The notes beneath the pieces were generated by a model. The model was given only the letters and a program-made list of their open reading frames with translations. It did no database searches and was not told the DNA's origin. A stretch of DNA of 64,000 nt from Gekko japonicus (Eukaryota). Of this stretch, positions 40,632-53,985 are shown in pieces. The stretch spans positions 380,116-444,115 of the forward strand of contig NW_015166462.1 of assembly GCF_001447785.1 (NCBI RefSeq). The letters are read 5' to 3'. The stretch's first letter is position 1; the number at the start of each line of letters is the position of its first letter. Made by a program: the position numbers and the translations under genes.

Positions 40632-40849
40632 AGAGAGACAGAGTTGCCAACAGGCCTGGAAAAAAATGGCTTATCCCTTTAAGTAAGGCTTAATGTGTAG
40701 GAATGGCCAGTTGAAGCTTTTCATGGCATGGAGGTCAAGACCATCACCTGATAAATGACTTCCTTAAAGGGACAGGACAAATTTCTCCAGGCCATCTGGC
40801 ATCCCTACAGATTCTTACGCAAGCAGTAGTGGTTAAGTGCGTTGGTATC

Positions 40850-41450
40850 TGGATAGGGTAAGAAGTGGGCGGGCTTAGCAGCCTGGATAACTGGGTTCTC
40901 CGTAGAGTTTAACCTGTGTGTGTGTTCGTGTGTCTGCGTGTGCATATTTTAATTCCCGCTGAGGCCGACGGGGGAGGAGGGAGAACGTGGCCCCAAAACC
41001 TTAGCACAAGACGAGCTGTCTGGGGGTTCAAGTCCCAATCCGGGCACGCCAGACTCTCCTCCCTCCGTTGGTGCCAGCTGAAAAAGGGGGCCCGACTTAC
41101 CTGCGATGCCTCTCAGTCGGGGGCTCAGCCTCGAGGAGGTGCCGGCTCTGCCTGGCGGGAGGAGGAGGAGAGGGCTTCCTAGCGTGTTCCAAGGCTGCAA
41201 AGAGATTCCGGGGCTGCTGCGGGCCAAGGAAGCGCTCCTTGGAGCAAAGGGAGGGAGGGTCTAGTGGGGGGAGTGCGGAGGGCCCTGGGGTCCCGGGTCC
41301 TTCGGGAGGTGCGTGAGAACCTGCCCCCTTCCCCTGCCCGGCGGGGTGGGGTGGGAGAGTAGCGTTTGTCCGGGAACCTCTCCATCACGAGCCGATGGGA
41401 GAAGCCGCCGCGTTTCCGTCAGGACTCTTTTTGCTGTGACAGCCACTCCG
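40850..41450. promoter_or_regulatory. CpG island upstream of ZNF581-like copy B
   Basis: GC/CpG-rich, with a plus-strand donor AGG|gtaag at 40857 and a minus-strand donor CAG|gtaagt at 41101. Confidence 0.6.
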
Positions 41451-42384
41451 CCTCCTTCTCCTCCACCTTCAACCCCCCCCCCCCTCCAGGGACTAACCCC
41501 TTCACCCCCCCCCCCCCATACCTAGATCTTCCCTTCCTCTCCCTCGGATATGTCCCCGTCTTCTTTCATCCTTTAGTTTTCTTCCCTCTTCCTTTAGGAA
41601 ATTGGATATGATATTGTGGCTGATCGGGCTGGAGGGAAAGGAGCGATAGGTACCCTGACCTGGATCTTCCACTGTTGCTCTTTTGGGGGGCGAGGGCTGG
41701 GGAGGGGCTGCAGCAAGCACCTTTGGAAGATTATCCTGATTTGCACCCACTCGTCACAGGGACCCTTCAAAGGGTGGGGAGCGGAGGGGATGGTAGCTGC
41801 CAACTTCACCAGACCTCAGGACCAATAAGCAGCACGGATCTTTTCACCCTCGTCAGGATGCGTTGGCGTTGCTTGCTGTCAACTGTGCCCACTGGATGGA
41901 GGCCACCTCTTGTGCACCGTTTCTTCAAGATCGCCACCCCTTGCTGAGCTTGGGAGACCTTACAGCTTCTTGGATTGGCACTTGCAGATCAGACTGGGGC
42001 TGTCTGCTGTACCGCCAGTGCTAAAGCGGCATTCTTCATTCCTTTCCTTCATCCTGGAAACTTGGGACTGGGGATGTGCTCTGCCAGCCACAGCCGAACA
42101 CGTGGCCTGGGCTTGTTACTGCGTCACTTAAACCGCTGCAGACCACCAACCAATATTACCATCTTGGACTGATAGGATCTCTCCGCTGGGATGTTACTGT
42201 TTCCATTGCTCAGCCCTCCAAGGTGGTCGCAAAGGGCACGTTCTGGTGCCCACCCAGCTTGGCATGCAACTTTGATGCAGAAATGAGAGCCAAGATGTAC
42301 ACTTAGGGGCATCGTCCATGCAGGGTAAGTTCAGTTGAGAAAAATAAAGATGACAGGTGTGTGTGTGTATGATGGGATGATAGT

Positions 42385-42830
42385 GGCTTATAAAATTATG
42401 CATGGGGTGAAGAAAGTGGTTAGACAGAAGATTGGCCTTCCTGTCATAATACTAGAACTTGGGAGCACCCAGTGAAGTTGATGGGTAATAGATTCAGGAC
42501 AGACAAAAGGAAAGACTATGTCACTCAACAGGTAGCTAAGCTGTGGAATCAATTGCCACAGGATGTAGTGATGGCCACTAACATCATAAATAGCTTTAAC
42601 GGGGATTGGGCAGATTCATGGGGGATAGGTCTATCAGTGTCTCCTAGCCATGATGGATAAAGGGAACCTCCACATCCTGGGGTTGTAGATCTCTGAATTA
42701 GGAAGCAACATTGACCTCTGTGACGTGTTTGTTTGCAATGGGTTGGCCGTGGCGTGGAACAGGATGCTGGAGTAGATGGACCACTGGACTGGTACGGCAA
42801 AGTGCTTCTTTCTATTCTTATGACCTGTTG
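42385..42830 (+). mobile_element. Old CR1 3' fragment predating the duplication (counterpart ~31600-32520)
   Basis: MKLMGNRFRTDKRK...LWNQLPQDVVMA; present in both duplication units. Confidence 0.75.
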
Positions 42831-44390
42831 GCCTGTTGAAGGAAGGGTCAAGTAGGATTGTGGGTAGGACATACTGATGCCTTGAAAAGGTGTTCCAGCT
42901 CCAATTGCCGAGCCGTTTCCACTGCACTTCTCAACAGCCTCAAGTTCCTCTTACCTGGTTCACCCTAACTCTGACCATGCTAGCCTTTCTTATCAGCTCT
43001 GATAGCTAAATGGGACCCTAATGGTCAGAGGCAGTAGACATGGCGGACCAACTATAGGGGAACACTGTTGCCTTCATACTTTCCTTGTAAGCTTTCCAGA
43101 AGCATATGGCTGACCACTGTTGGAAGTACAGTGATGGACTAGACAAAGGCATGTGACTTGTACAAGACCGCAAACTGAAGAAGCAGAGGAGAGGTCTAAG
43201 CCCCAAATCCCTCCTTTGACCCAACAAACACCCCAGCACCAGCATGCATGGATATCGCTCATCACAATAACAATAACAGACAGGGATTCTTCAAAATTGT
43301 GAATGAAACATTCTTGCCCAAAACTGAAGTATTAATCCCTCAAATAATTGTTTCAATATTCTTAGAAACTTATTAAGAACTTCCTGATCATATTTTAGAA
43401 GCTCATACTCCCGTGTAATCCCCCACTGGGTGGGGATGAAATCTTACCCTCTCAGACTGTCTTGACGTCCTAGCCAAATTTTATTTCAGTTCCTTTGCCT
43501 TCAGTTTGGACTGGACTTAATGTCCAATGAAGTGCATCGTTTTTGGACCAAAACCTGGTTAGCATTTTCCATACAAGATGGTTGTATTCACAGGGAGAAA
43601 AACAGCCAAGTATATTTCAGGAAGTTTAGCAGGAATTTTACTTCTAGAGCGGTCATCAGCTCTTTGCTTCCCACTTTGAGTAATGCCTGTGTACGTTTCC
43701 TAGATTTGTAGTCAATCAAACTGCAAAGGGAAGACGGATGAGATGGAACAGATTATTCTGGCACCAGCTGGAATATTTTGTTGTGGTTTGGAGCTCGAGG
43801 TTTGTGACATTCTCAAGAACAGGAAAGCTACAGTATAATCATGTGTGTGTGTGTCTGGAAACAAGTCCTACCGTATCCCATGGACTTATTTCTAAGTGGT
43901 ATGAGGAGGACTGAGCTAATCAGTGGAGTTGTCATTGGTGGTGCTGCTAGGTAAGGGTATACTTGTTTAATTCGTAGGGTTGTTTTGGGTCTGGTCTGTT
44001 GTTGACCTGGCCATGGAGAAGAAAATAGGCAAGATCTCTTTCCTTCTAACAATTAGTGGTAACTTTTCGTATTGAACTGCAAGGTATTTTTCCTTATGAG
44101 TCACAAAAGAATCTCAAATCTTGAGTGTTCAGTAATATCTGGATACACTTAAATGGAATAATAATAAAATTGTTTAAAATAAAATTATTTATCAAGTACA
44201 GATCTTGAATTTGTTGGCATTGCTGCATTTCTAAGCATAAATCCATGGAAGTCGATGGATTTAGAAGGGTTTAACTCTGCTTAGGATCGACCTTTGATGT
44301 GCATAACTCTTACTTGCCTAATCAGCATGCCTGCTTTCTCATTGCAGACTTGGCAGCTCATCTCCAGGGAACGCTTCTAAGGAGATACTT

Positions 44391-45158
44391 ATGGAGCTGC
44401 AGAGACATTCCAAGTCTACAGAGGATCCCCGTAGACCAGCCGAAACCATGGAACGTTCCTCTCTGCAAGACCCCACAAGTAACTTGGGGCACATCAAGCT
44501 GGAACTGGAGGATGAGGGAGGGGAAGTCCAGATTTCACCTCCTAAACTGTCTCGCCCACCAGTGCCTTCTCCCGCGGGTGCCCTTCTTCAGGGTTTGAAT
44601 GGGTTGCCCGGAGCAGGCAAACAGGCCCACATTCCTGTAGGGACGAGTGGCATGGAACAAGGAGAAACCTCCCGACTGGGGCGCTACTTGTTGATTGACA
44701 GCCAGGGGCTGCCATACACGGTACTGGTAGAAGAGGGGGTGGGGTCAGCGGAGGCAACTGCAGGGGGCACAGAGGGTGGATGGAGCGGGGGGCCCTTGCG
44801 TAAGGTGTACTGCTGTCCAGTGTGTTCCCGAACATTTGAGTACCTTTCTTACCTGCAGCGCCACAGCATCACCCACTCGGAAAGCAAGCCTCACGTATGC
44901 CGAGCTTGCGGCAAAGCCTTCAAGCGCACATCCCACTTGGAGCGCCACAAATACACCCACTCTGGCCGTAAGCCCCACCAATGCCCCATCTGCCAGCGTA
45001 GCTTCCGTGACTCTGGGGAGCTCTCACACCACCAGCGGGTGCACACGGGCGAGCGGCCCTACCAATGCGAAGCATGCCACATGCGCTTTGGCGAGCGCAA
45101 CACTCTTCAGAGGCACATCCGACGGAAGCACCGTCTACAGCTCCTTCCCACACCGTAG
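44391..45158 (+). CDS. ZNF581: ZNF581-like C2H2 zinc finger protein, copy B (255 aa)
   Basis: Acceptor ttgcag|44348. Has the [15 protein letters not shown] motif (human ZNF581 YLLIDTQGVPYTVLV as recalled) and four intact fingers with a canonical TGERP linker. AATAAA at 45492. Confidence 0.88.
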   Translation: MELQRHSKSTEDPRRPAETMERSSLQDPTSNLGHIKLELEDEGGEVQISPPKLSRPPVPSPAGALLQGLNGLPGAGKQAHIPVGTSGMEQGETSRLGRYLLIDSQGLPYTVLVEEGVGSAEATAGGTEGGWSGGPLRKVYCCPVCSRTFEYLSYLQRHSITHSESKPHVCRACGKAFKRTSHLERHKYTHSGRKPHQCPICQRSFRDSGELSHHQRVHTGERPYQCEACHMRFGERNTLQRHIRRKHRLQLLPTP

Positions 45159-46765
45159 AGACTGGCCTTCTGGGGTGTACATTGTGTCAGAGGCATGGAG
45201 ACCCCCCACTGCCTGTCCAGGCCTTAGGAATCTACGTCCTGGGACTTGCTAACATCCGGGCATACAATGGCAATCTTGGCCTGGACATATTTGCCCTTGT
45301 CTTATGGAACTGGTACTTCCACATCTGCCCTGGAGGAATCTAAAGGGAGAACCTCACCCACCAATGCCTAAAATTCTCTGCCGTGGAAGAGGCAGCTTTC
45401 TGAGACATCACATGGCCCATCTTCTCATGCTGCAAGGACTGGCCTACCTGCTCTCTAGATACTCCAGTTTGTCATTTCTTCCTGAGCACCTAATAAACTG
45501 GCAGGGAGAGCCATTTCACCCTGGTGACCATTGCCCCTGTAAGTCATATGCATCTACCCTTGGATACGCCAGCCTAGCATTATCTGCCTCTGCAATAGAC
45601 AGCATGACCTGCTAGTATCCAGCTCTGTCCAATCCTATGACTCTGTGGCAGGGAGAATCCAGCCCACTTGGCCCAGGCCTTGCACTTAATAGACAGGCAC
45701 TGTCCCCCACCGTGTATGCCTGAAGGACATGGTGTCATGAAGCCTGTAGCCTGGCAATGCCTACCCCTTTGTTTACCTCGCCTTGAAAGGGCAGCTCTCT
45801 GAGAAGGGTTACCTTGCATCCCTTTCAGGTGCACATTGCCCTGGAAACAGCATGGAGACCCTCAGCATGGCAAACGAAACTCGGTCCCACTCATTTTATA
45901 AAGGTATGCTTCACAAATACAGAAAGTATCAGCTTCTTTGGGCCTGGGGAAGATGAACCGGAGGGGCGAAGGCCAGGGGAATATCTCTCCTTCCTCCACA
46001 ATCGCCAGCTACAGATTTGAATTGAGTTTTCAAAATGTGTGAACTCCCTTGCAGAAGCCTCATTGGGAAGAGCTTGGTGTCCCCCTGGAGTAGGATCTCA
46101 CCCCAACACACTTCCTTCCTCCCCCTCCATCCCCAGTAACGAACAATATGAAGCCAGTTCCAGAGGGGTAGCTTTTTAGTCCGTTGCAGCAAAATTAAAC
46201 AGAAGTCCCAGTGGCACCTTAAAGACTAACAAAATGTATTCCAGTATAATAATAATAATAATCGTATGGCATTGTGTGTAGAATAGCCAGGAGACGCTAA
46301 GATTGTCCAGCAACCTAAAGTTCTACCTCTTTTAGTGTTTGCACCACTAGGTGGCGAACTAGACTTGTTTTTAAGGCAAGAGACATTTCAGAGGTGGTTT
46401 GCCATCGCCTGCCTCTGTGTCACAACCCTGGTATTCCTTGAAGGTTGCAGTTCCAAATACTAGCCAAGGCTGACCCTGCTTAGCTTCCGGGATCTGATGG
46501 GATTGGGCTAGCCTGGGCTGTCCAGGTCAGGGCTTATTCCAGTATAATCTTAGGCCAGTCAGAGCTTCCTTCATCAGATGCCTGGCATCCAATGACATGA
46601 GCTCTGACTCGTGGAAGCTGATGCTGGGATGCATTTTGTGAGTCTTCAAGGTCAAACAGAAGAAGGAGCCTGATGGATTCCATTTACCTTTAAGATCGTT
46701 TCAGAGGGTAGCCATGTTGGTCTGCAGTAGAACAGCTAGATTCGAGTTCAGTAGAGCCTTGGGCC

Positions 46766-47744
46766 AGGGGTCCCCAACATGGTGCCCACCAGGTGTTTTT
46801 AGAAAGTGGGCGGGGGAGGTGGGGCTTTTTCATGGCAGGGCTTCTGACTTGCGCCTGAAGATTTGATTGGCCATGTTGATCAAAATATCATTTTTCAGCG
46901 CTTGTTTTATTATCTCAGTGTTTGTTTTATTCTCTCTCTCACCCCTCTTTCCCAGTGTATTTTTTAATTACCCCTCTTCTCCCCTGTTCTTGGGCTTCCT
47001 CTGTGTTGTGTATGTGTGTGACCGCCTCCTGTGGCAGCCATTTTGTGGTTGCACCCACCACTTGCTACTGAAGATTTGATTGGCCACGGCCCCTGCCACA
47101 CGGCAGGGAAACCACGAGGCAAAAGCGCGGCTAATAGAGCCGCTCCAACGTTGAGACGCTGGGGCGGGATCCCACGGATCCCCTGGCCGCAGCGCCTCTT
47201 CTCCCCGGCAAGAGCAGACGCCGGGGAGGACAAGCCCGATGGGAGGGGGAGGCTGCCGAACTGCGCAAGCCCGAGCATGCGCAGTACGGCCGGGGGCTGG
47301 GATGCGGCGGCGCAAGGACGCGCCGCCGATCCCACGGCTGGCTTGGGGGGCTCCAGACGGCTGCAACCACCTAGATAGGTGGTTCGTTTTTGCAGCGGGG
47401 TATCGCCATTTGGGCCGGATCAGGGACGGAGATGGCACGCTCCCCAGATGTTGAGGTGGGATCGCGTCCATTTGCTCCGCCCCTGTTCCGTCCCGCTCCC
47501 GTCCCAAATGGGCTCGTATGAACGGGGCCCACATAGATCAAAATATAGTTTTTAAACACTTGTTTTATTATCTCAGGGTTTGTTTTATTCTCTCTTTCCC
47601 AGTGTATTTTTATTTACCCCTCTTCTCCCCTGCTCTTGGGCTTCCTCTGTGTGTGTGTGTGTGTTACCACCTCCTGTGGCAGCCATTTTGTAGCTGTGGT
47701 AGAATTCCAAAGGTGCCCACATTCTCAAAAAGTTGGGGACCCCT
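46766..47744. mobile_element. hAT/Charlie-like element (CAGGGGTCCCCAAC...GTTGGGGACCCCTG) with a nested CpG-rich insert at ~47088-47530
   Basis: Perfect 14-bp TIRs; an internal block is repeated at ~46860-47050 and ~47535-47690. Confidence 0.7.
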
Positions 47745-50401
47745 GCCTTAGATGTATCTGATGAAGGATGCTCAAACCACAAAAATCTTGTGGACCTGTA
47801 AGGTACTACTGGACTTGAATCAAACCTATTTATCTTTAAGATATTGTGGTTCTTTTCTTTTTTAAAAGCACTTAGGTGGGGAGCAGGGGAACTGAAGGAT
47901 GAGATATGGGGTATTCCCTTGCAGTTGGCCCTCTGGTCTCTTATTTCCTCCAGACATTTCCAGTTAAAAAGAAAAAGAGTTGGTGATTCTACATTTCCTC
48001 TAAAAGACACAGTTAGTTTAGCTCTGGATAAAGACCCCTTCTGGCTGGCTGGCCTTGTTTCATTCTGCCCATTGATCAGATGCAAAGAGTTTTCTAGGCC
48101 ATTGTGGGGCAGGCAGATTTTAAACCCCAGTTTGCTGGCAGAAGGACACTTTGTGCTTCATCTCTGACTTTTGGCATGTGGGGCGTACGCACCAAGACTG
48201 TAGTGGCTTCCTACAATAGATAACACACTTAGGATCTCTGTTTCCTTGACAAGGGGGAATAAGTATAAGAGCCTGATCCACAGCATGTGTTCCAAGGTGC
48301 CGGAGAGGCCGGCACCTCCAAAGTTTGCCAGGGAAACCCCTGGGCTGTGTTTCTCCACTTCATATTTAGTGTGGAATCTTTGATCTCTGTGTGTGTCCTT
48401 TTTTAATTAAATATAATTCTCTGGGTTTTGGTTCATCTTTGTGTGTCTGGAATAAAGTGATTCTCTGTTACTTCCCATCGTGTAAATGCATTGATAGGAA
48501 GCGAACCCTCTGACGCCAGGACTGAGAAGAGTGCCTTCATATCCATGACTTTTTAAAATGCAACAAAGGTTTTTACCAAGGTTTTGGAGATCAGTGGTTT
48601 GCTTTGACCATAGAGAAGAGGGCAAGAAAGGGAAGAAGTTTGATTGTACGGGGAGGGGAGTGGGCTGGAGATACACTGGACTCATCATTTTATGCACCAA
48701 AAGTTTTTAAAAATCCAAATATGTGTTGAATATGCCGGTTTAGTGCTTGAAATATGCAAATCAATAAAATGTATGCATAGTGCTTGTTTTGCATAAACGT
48801 CCTCCGTCACGTGCTTTATTCGGAACCAGACACGTATACGTAAAAAAAAAAAAAGTTAAGTAGGATATTCTTTTAAATGCTTCAGTGCTGTGAAGGTTTG
48901 TTCATGAACCTGAGAGTGAAGCCTTTATGGAAGTCATACAAGGCACCAACCTGAATGTGGGAAATCTTTCCATGTTGTGGACTGTACTTTGAAAAACCTG
49001 CAACCATGGGGTCTAGAATTTTGTTTTGTAGAAAATGGTTAAGTGCTGTACTTGACTATTTAAATTCTACTTCTAAAAAACAAACTGACACCATCTAGTA
49101 TAAAGAAAACAGACATCGATGTCGAATAAATGCTTTGATGAGTCCACTTGTTATAGCTGTTCAGAAGATGCCATGCTTTCTGGATATGAAAGTGGTGGTG
49201 GGAAGAAGTAGAAGAGGAGGAGGAGGAGACTGGATTTCCCAAAGGAGTCTCAGAGTGGCTTACACTCTCCTTCCCCTTCCCCTCCCTGCAACAGACATCC
49301 TGTGAGGTAGGTGGGACTGAGAGAGCTCTTTCAAGAACTGCTTGTGAAAGAACAACTCTGAAAAAACTTGTCACTGACCGAAGGTCACACCAGCAGCTGC
49401 ATGTAGAGGACTGCTGAATCAAACCTGGTTCTCCCAGATTAGAGTCTTTGTAACTAACCTAGGGTTGCCAGGTCTGGGTTAGAAAATACCTGGAGACTTT
49501 GGGGGTGGATCCAGGAGAAGGCAGGGTTTGGGGAGGGGCCTCGCAGGGCTCTTTTTGTAGAAAAAGCCCAGCAGGAACTCATTAGCGTAATAGGCCACAC
49601 CCAACAGCAGGAACCAATTAGCATATTGGGCCACACCCCTGACAGCACAGCTCATTAGCACATTAGGCCACACCCACATGTTACCAGAAGTGTGCTCATC
49701 CAGCCACACCCACCTTTTGCTTCTTATTCTGTTTAGTTGTCAAAACCCAGGGCCTTTTTTTGTAGCAGGAACTCCTTTGCATGTTAGGCCACACACCCCG
49801 AATGTAGCCAATCCTCATGAGTTTCTGTTGTTGGGTGTGGCCTATTATGCTCCGTTCAGTTAACCTTTACAGTTGTAATAGTGGGAGATCCCCCGGGCCC
49901 CGCCCGGAGGCTGGGAACCCTTACTGACCCAAGGTCACACCAGCCGTTGCATGTGGAGGAGTGGGGAATCAAACCTGGTTCTCCCAGATTAGAGTCTGTG
50001 CTCCTAACCACTACACCAAACTGGAAGTACTGTCCAGTTGCAGTCAACTTGTGACCCCCAAAAGGATTTCAATACTAACCGAGGTGGGTTTTGCCTTTGC
50101 CTGCCTCTGCATAGCAACCCTGGACTTCCTGGGTGGTCAATTATCCAAGTACTGAACAAGGCTGACCCTTAGCTTCCAAGGCCTGAAGAGATCAGGCTAG
50201 CCTGGGCCATCCCGGTCAGGGCATGATATAAAACATTACAGTAGAGCACATCAGCTGCAGATATTTCTGTTTATTCAAAGTAAAAATTTAAAAAATAAAG
50301 TACAAATACAGTTAGAGGGCGTCAGCTGTCTTGTCCAATATTGTCTGCCCTGACCGGCAGCAGCTCTCCAGGGTCTCTGGTAGAGAAGTCCTTCCCAGCA
50401 T

Positions 50402-50813
50402 CAGGGGTCATTTCGTAGAAAAGGAGGTGCAGGAGCTCATTAGCATAACTCATTAGCATGACTTATTTGCATAGGCCACACCCCCTGACATCACCGGAAG
50501 TGTGTCAGAAGGCAACGCCCACCGCTCAGGCTCCACTGGACTGTTTTGGATTGCTAGCTGGGGTGGGGGGACACGCAGATCTGTCCTCGCAGAGGAGGGA
50601 GAGCTTGTACCTGAATAAAACTTGGTCTTAAAAGTGCCACTGGACTGTTTTGGACAGGGGGGCCGGGGGGAGCTCTGCAACTTACCTGGCTGCTTCTTGC
50701 TCTGACTGAGGGCTGCTGGGAGCAGGGGGTGGGGCTTGTTGCATGTGCCCGCCCCCTGGGCTCTTTACTGCCGGAGCTCCGCTCCTGTGCGCTCCTGCAG
50801 GAAGTGACCCCTG
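50402..50813. mobile_element. hAT MITE related to the 20797 family
   Basis: CAGGGGTCATTTC...GAAGTGACCCCTG; TSD CCCAGCAT/CCCAGCAC. Confidence 0.8.
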
Positions 50814-51780
50814 CCCAGCACCTACTACCAGTGACTAAACAGAAGAACCCAGGATTCAACCTTGATTCTTGTACATACAGCATGGGCTCTACTGCTGATA
50901 TATGGCCATTCTCCAACACATAAATCCACTGCTTCTGCAGCTTCATTGACTCAGTTTGTTTCTAGGGCCCAATTCAAAAGGACTGGGTTATCTAAAGGAC
51001 CGTCTCTGGCCATAGCAACCTGTTTGTGGTCTGAGGCCTTCCCTTGATTTCCAGCTCTGCTTGTATAGAGTGAGACTGGTGACATTTTCAGATATGGGAT
51101 TATCTGCTTAGCCTCCCTGACCTCAGACCTCTGACACTTCATTAAAGCACTCCTATTTCATAAGGACTTTGGCAATGGGTAACTTTGTGGCTTTTTAGAG
51201 TCCAGTGGCACCTTTAAGACCAACAAAGTTTTATTCAAGGTGGGAGCTTTCGTGTGCAAGGCACACTTCATCATGGCTACCTGCCTTGATCTATCTTTGT
51301 GGCTTTTTGTTGTTCCTGCTGCTTAATTTGTTTCTTTGCTCTTTTTTAATTAGTTGTGTGTGTGGGGGGTTAATTTCTCCCCCCCCCCCCAATGGCTGCT
51401 GTGGATTTGTTTATGATTTGATTTTTGTTTCTCAGTCTAATAGCAAACGGGATGGTGTTTTGCCTATTAACAGAGCAGTGATACGGGGAGTTTTGGGGTA
51501 TTCGACAGACTCCCCAGGCGTGCAATACACTATTAGTTTGTACATTTAAAAGAAAAACAACAACGAATTCATCAACCCCGACTGTATCCCACTTTGACTA
51601 TTCCGTCATGATTTGTTTCCACCATCTCTATGCAATACTATTATTATTAGTCCCACTGTCACCAGCACTTTATGATAGTTCAGATTGCTTATGATTGTTT
51701 TATAATTGTTGTTTTATGCATTTTAACCTTACATGTAAGCCGCCCTGAGTCTGCTTCGGTGGGGAGGGTGGGGTGTAAAT

Positions 51781-51824
51781 TGAATGAATGAATGAATGAA
51801 TGAATGAATGAATGAATGAATGAA
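51781..51824 (+). repeat. (TGAA)n microsatellite, probably a retroelement tail
   Basis: About 11 units following a TGTAAGCCGCCCTGAG-type 3' end. Confidence 0.9.
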
Positions 51825-51976
51825 CAAAAGGGGGTGGGGAGAACACCAAATAATCAATCAGGCCTGTTGCCCAGCCAGAGCTACAGAATGATGAGCACAG
51901 TTGTGACAGATTGGGGGGGGGAGAGAAAAATGGCCTGGGGAGATTGGTTTATTTGAGTCCTTGTAGGATTCCTACA

Positions 51977-52690
51977 AGTACCTAGACAGCATGATAAAAA
52001 GTAGAGACATCACCCTGCCAACAAAAGTCTGTATGGTCAAAGCACTGGTATTCCTAGTAGTCATGTATGGCTGCGAGAGTTGGACCATGAGGAAGGCCGA
52101 GCGCCGAAGAATAGATGCTTTCGAATTATGGTGCTGGAGAAGACTCAAATTATGGTGCAAGGAGATCGAGAAGAAGAAGAGAAGAGATTGGATTTATACC
52201 CCGCCCTTCACTCGGAGTCTCAGAGCGGCTTACAAACTCATTTCCCTTCCCTTACCCACACCAGACACCCTGTGAGGTAGGTGGGGCTGAGCAAGCTCTT
52301 TCCAGAACTGTCCTTGAGAGAACAGCTCTGACAGAACTATGGCTTGCCCAAGGTCATCCAGCAGCTGCAAGTGGAGGAGTGGGGAATCAAACCCGGTTCT
52401 CCCAGATTAGAGTCAGCAGAATCAACCCTGACTGTTCCCTGGAAGGCCAGATACTGAAGCTGAAGCTCAAATACTTTGGCCACCAAATGAGAAGGGAGCA
52501 CTCACTGGAGAAGACCCTGATGCTGGGAAAGATTGAAGGTAAAAGAAGAAGGGGACAGCAAAGGATGAGATGGTTAGACAGTGTTACCGATGCAACAAAC
52601 ATGAAATTAGGCAAACTCCGGAGGACAGCGGAAGATAGAAGGGCCTGGCATGATGTGGTCCATGGGGTCAACTGTGCAACTGAACAACAA
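51977..52690 (+). mobile_element. BovB (RTE) LINE 3' fragment interrupted by a tRNA-derived SINE (~52165-52414)
   Basis: KSRDITLPTKV...YGCESWT...IDAFELWCWRRL and LKLKYFGH...LEKTLMLGKIEGKRRRG..RMRWLD; short (CAA)n tail. Confidence 0.9.
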
Positions 52691-53386
52691 CAATAAGGAT
52701 TCTGAAGAGGGTTGGGGGACTCTACCAGCCCAAATACACCAATACCAGTCCACGGTGCTATGAGGTCTAAGGGCCTGGACCACTTTGTACATAACAGAGA
52801 CAAGTTGTGTGGATTACTTAGGACTCGGGTTGCCAACCTCCATATGGTGGCTGGAGATCTCCTAGCATGACAACGAGGGTTGCCACCTCTGGGTTGGGAA
52901 ATACTTCATGATTTGGGGAGTGGAGCCTGAGGAGGGCGGGGTTTGGCGAGGGGAGGGACGTCAATGGGGTGTCTGCCCCAGCATGTGTTATTCAAAAGTA
53001 TGCCGCTACAAAAAGTGGAGCTTCCATTTAGTTATCATTTTGGTTAGATATACCTATTTTCCAAAAAAAAAAGCCTAATGCTTTTATGAATGTCATTTAA
53101 GTTAATAACTTATAAGCACATCTTGTGATAGTAAATTAATAGTAAAGATTTTTTTAAAAACTTTTTGTCTCCATTCCATCAACCATGAAGAACACTTGCT
53201 TGGCAAGGTAGAAGGTATGAGCCAGTAAAATAGGAGCATGCAGTTCACCTGGAGAAAATGGCTGCTTTGGAAGGTGGACTGTATGGCATTATACCCCAAT
53301 GAAGTCTCTCCCTTCCCGTCCCCAAACCTTCCCATCCTCGGGCTCCATCCCCCAAATCTCCAGGTATTTCCCAACCTGGAGCTGGC

Positions 53387-53985
53387 AATCACTCTTTGGG
53401 TGAAGAAGTACTTCCTTTTATCCGTTCTAACCCAAACGCTCAGCAATTTCATGCAGTGCCCAGGAGTTCTTGTATTATGAGAAAGGGAGAAAAGTACCTC
53501 TTTCTCTACCTGCTCTATCCCACGCATAATCTTATAAACCTCGATCATGTCACCCCAGCTCACAACTTTAATGCCAGTAGCTCAGAAAGTAGAATTTGTG
53601 CTCACAGGACTCCACAGCTTGGGCACTCAATGAAATTGCTGAGCGGTCAGGTTAGAACGGATAAAAGGAAGTACTTCTTCACCCAAAGAGTGATTAACAC
53701 ATGGAATTCGCTGCCACAGGAAGTGGTGGCGGCTACAAGCATGGACGGCTTCAAAAGGGAGTTAGATAAGCATATGGAGCAGAGGTCCATCAGTGGCTAT
53801 TAGCCACAAGGTATAGGTAGGGGCTCTGGGGCAAGTGATGCTCTGTCTTCTTGGTGCTTGGGGGGGGGTCAACAGTGGGAGGGCTTCTAATGTCCTGCCC
53901 CCACTGGTGGACCTCCTAATGGCACTGGTATTTCTGGCCACTGTGTGACACAGAGTGTTGGACTGGATGGGCCTTTGTTATGTTA
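53387..53985. mobile_element. CR1 LINE 3' fragments in opposite orientations
   Basis: GDMIEVYKIM...RTDKRKYFFTQRVI on the minus strand and RTDKRKYFFTQRVINTWNSLP...FKRELDKHM on the plus strand, followed by a CR1 3' UTR. Confidence 0.85.

Larger units (their letters stand above)
41511..46980 (+). repeat. Segmental duplication unit B (pairs with 31157-38860)
   Basis: Same colinear blocks as unit A, but lacking A's RTE-X and Penelope insertions. Confidence 0.9.
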
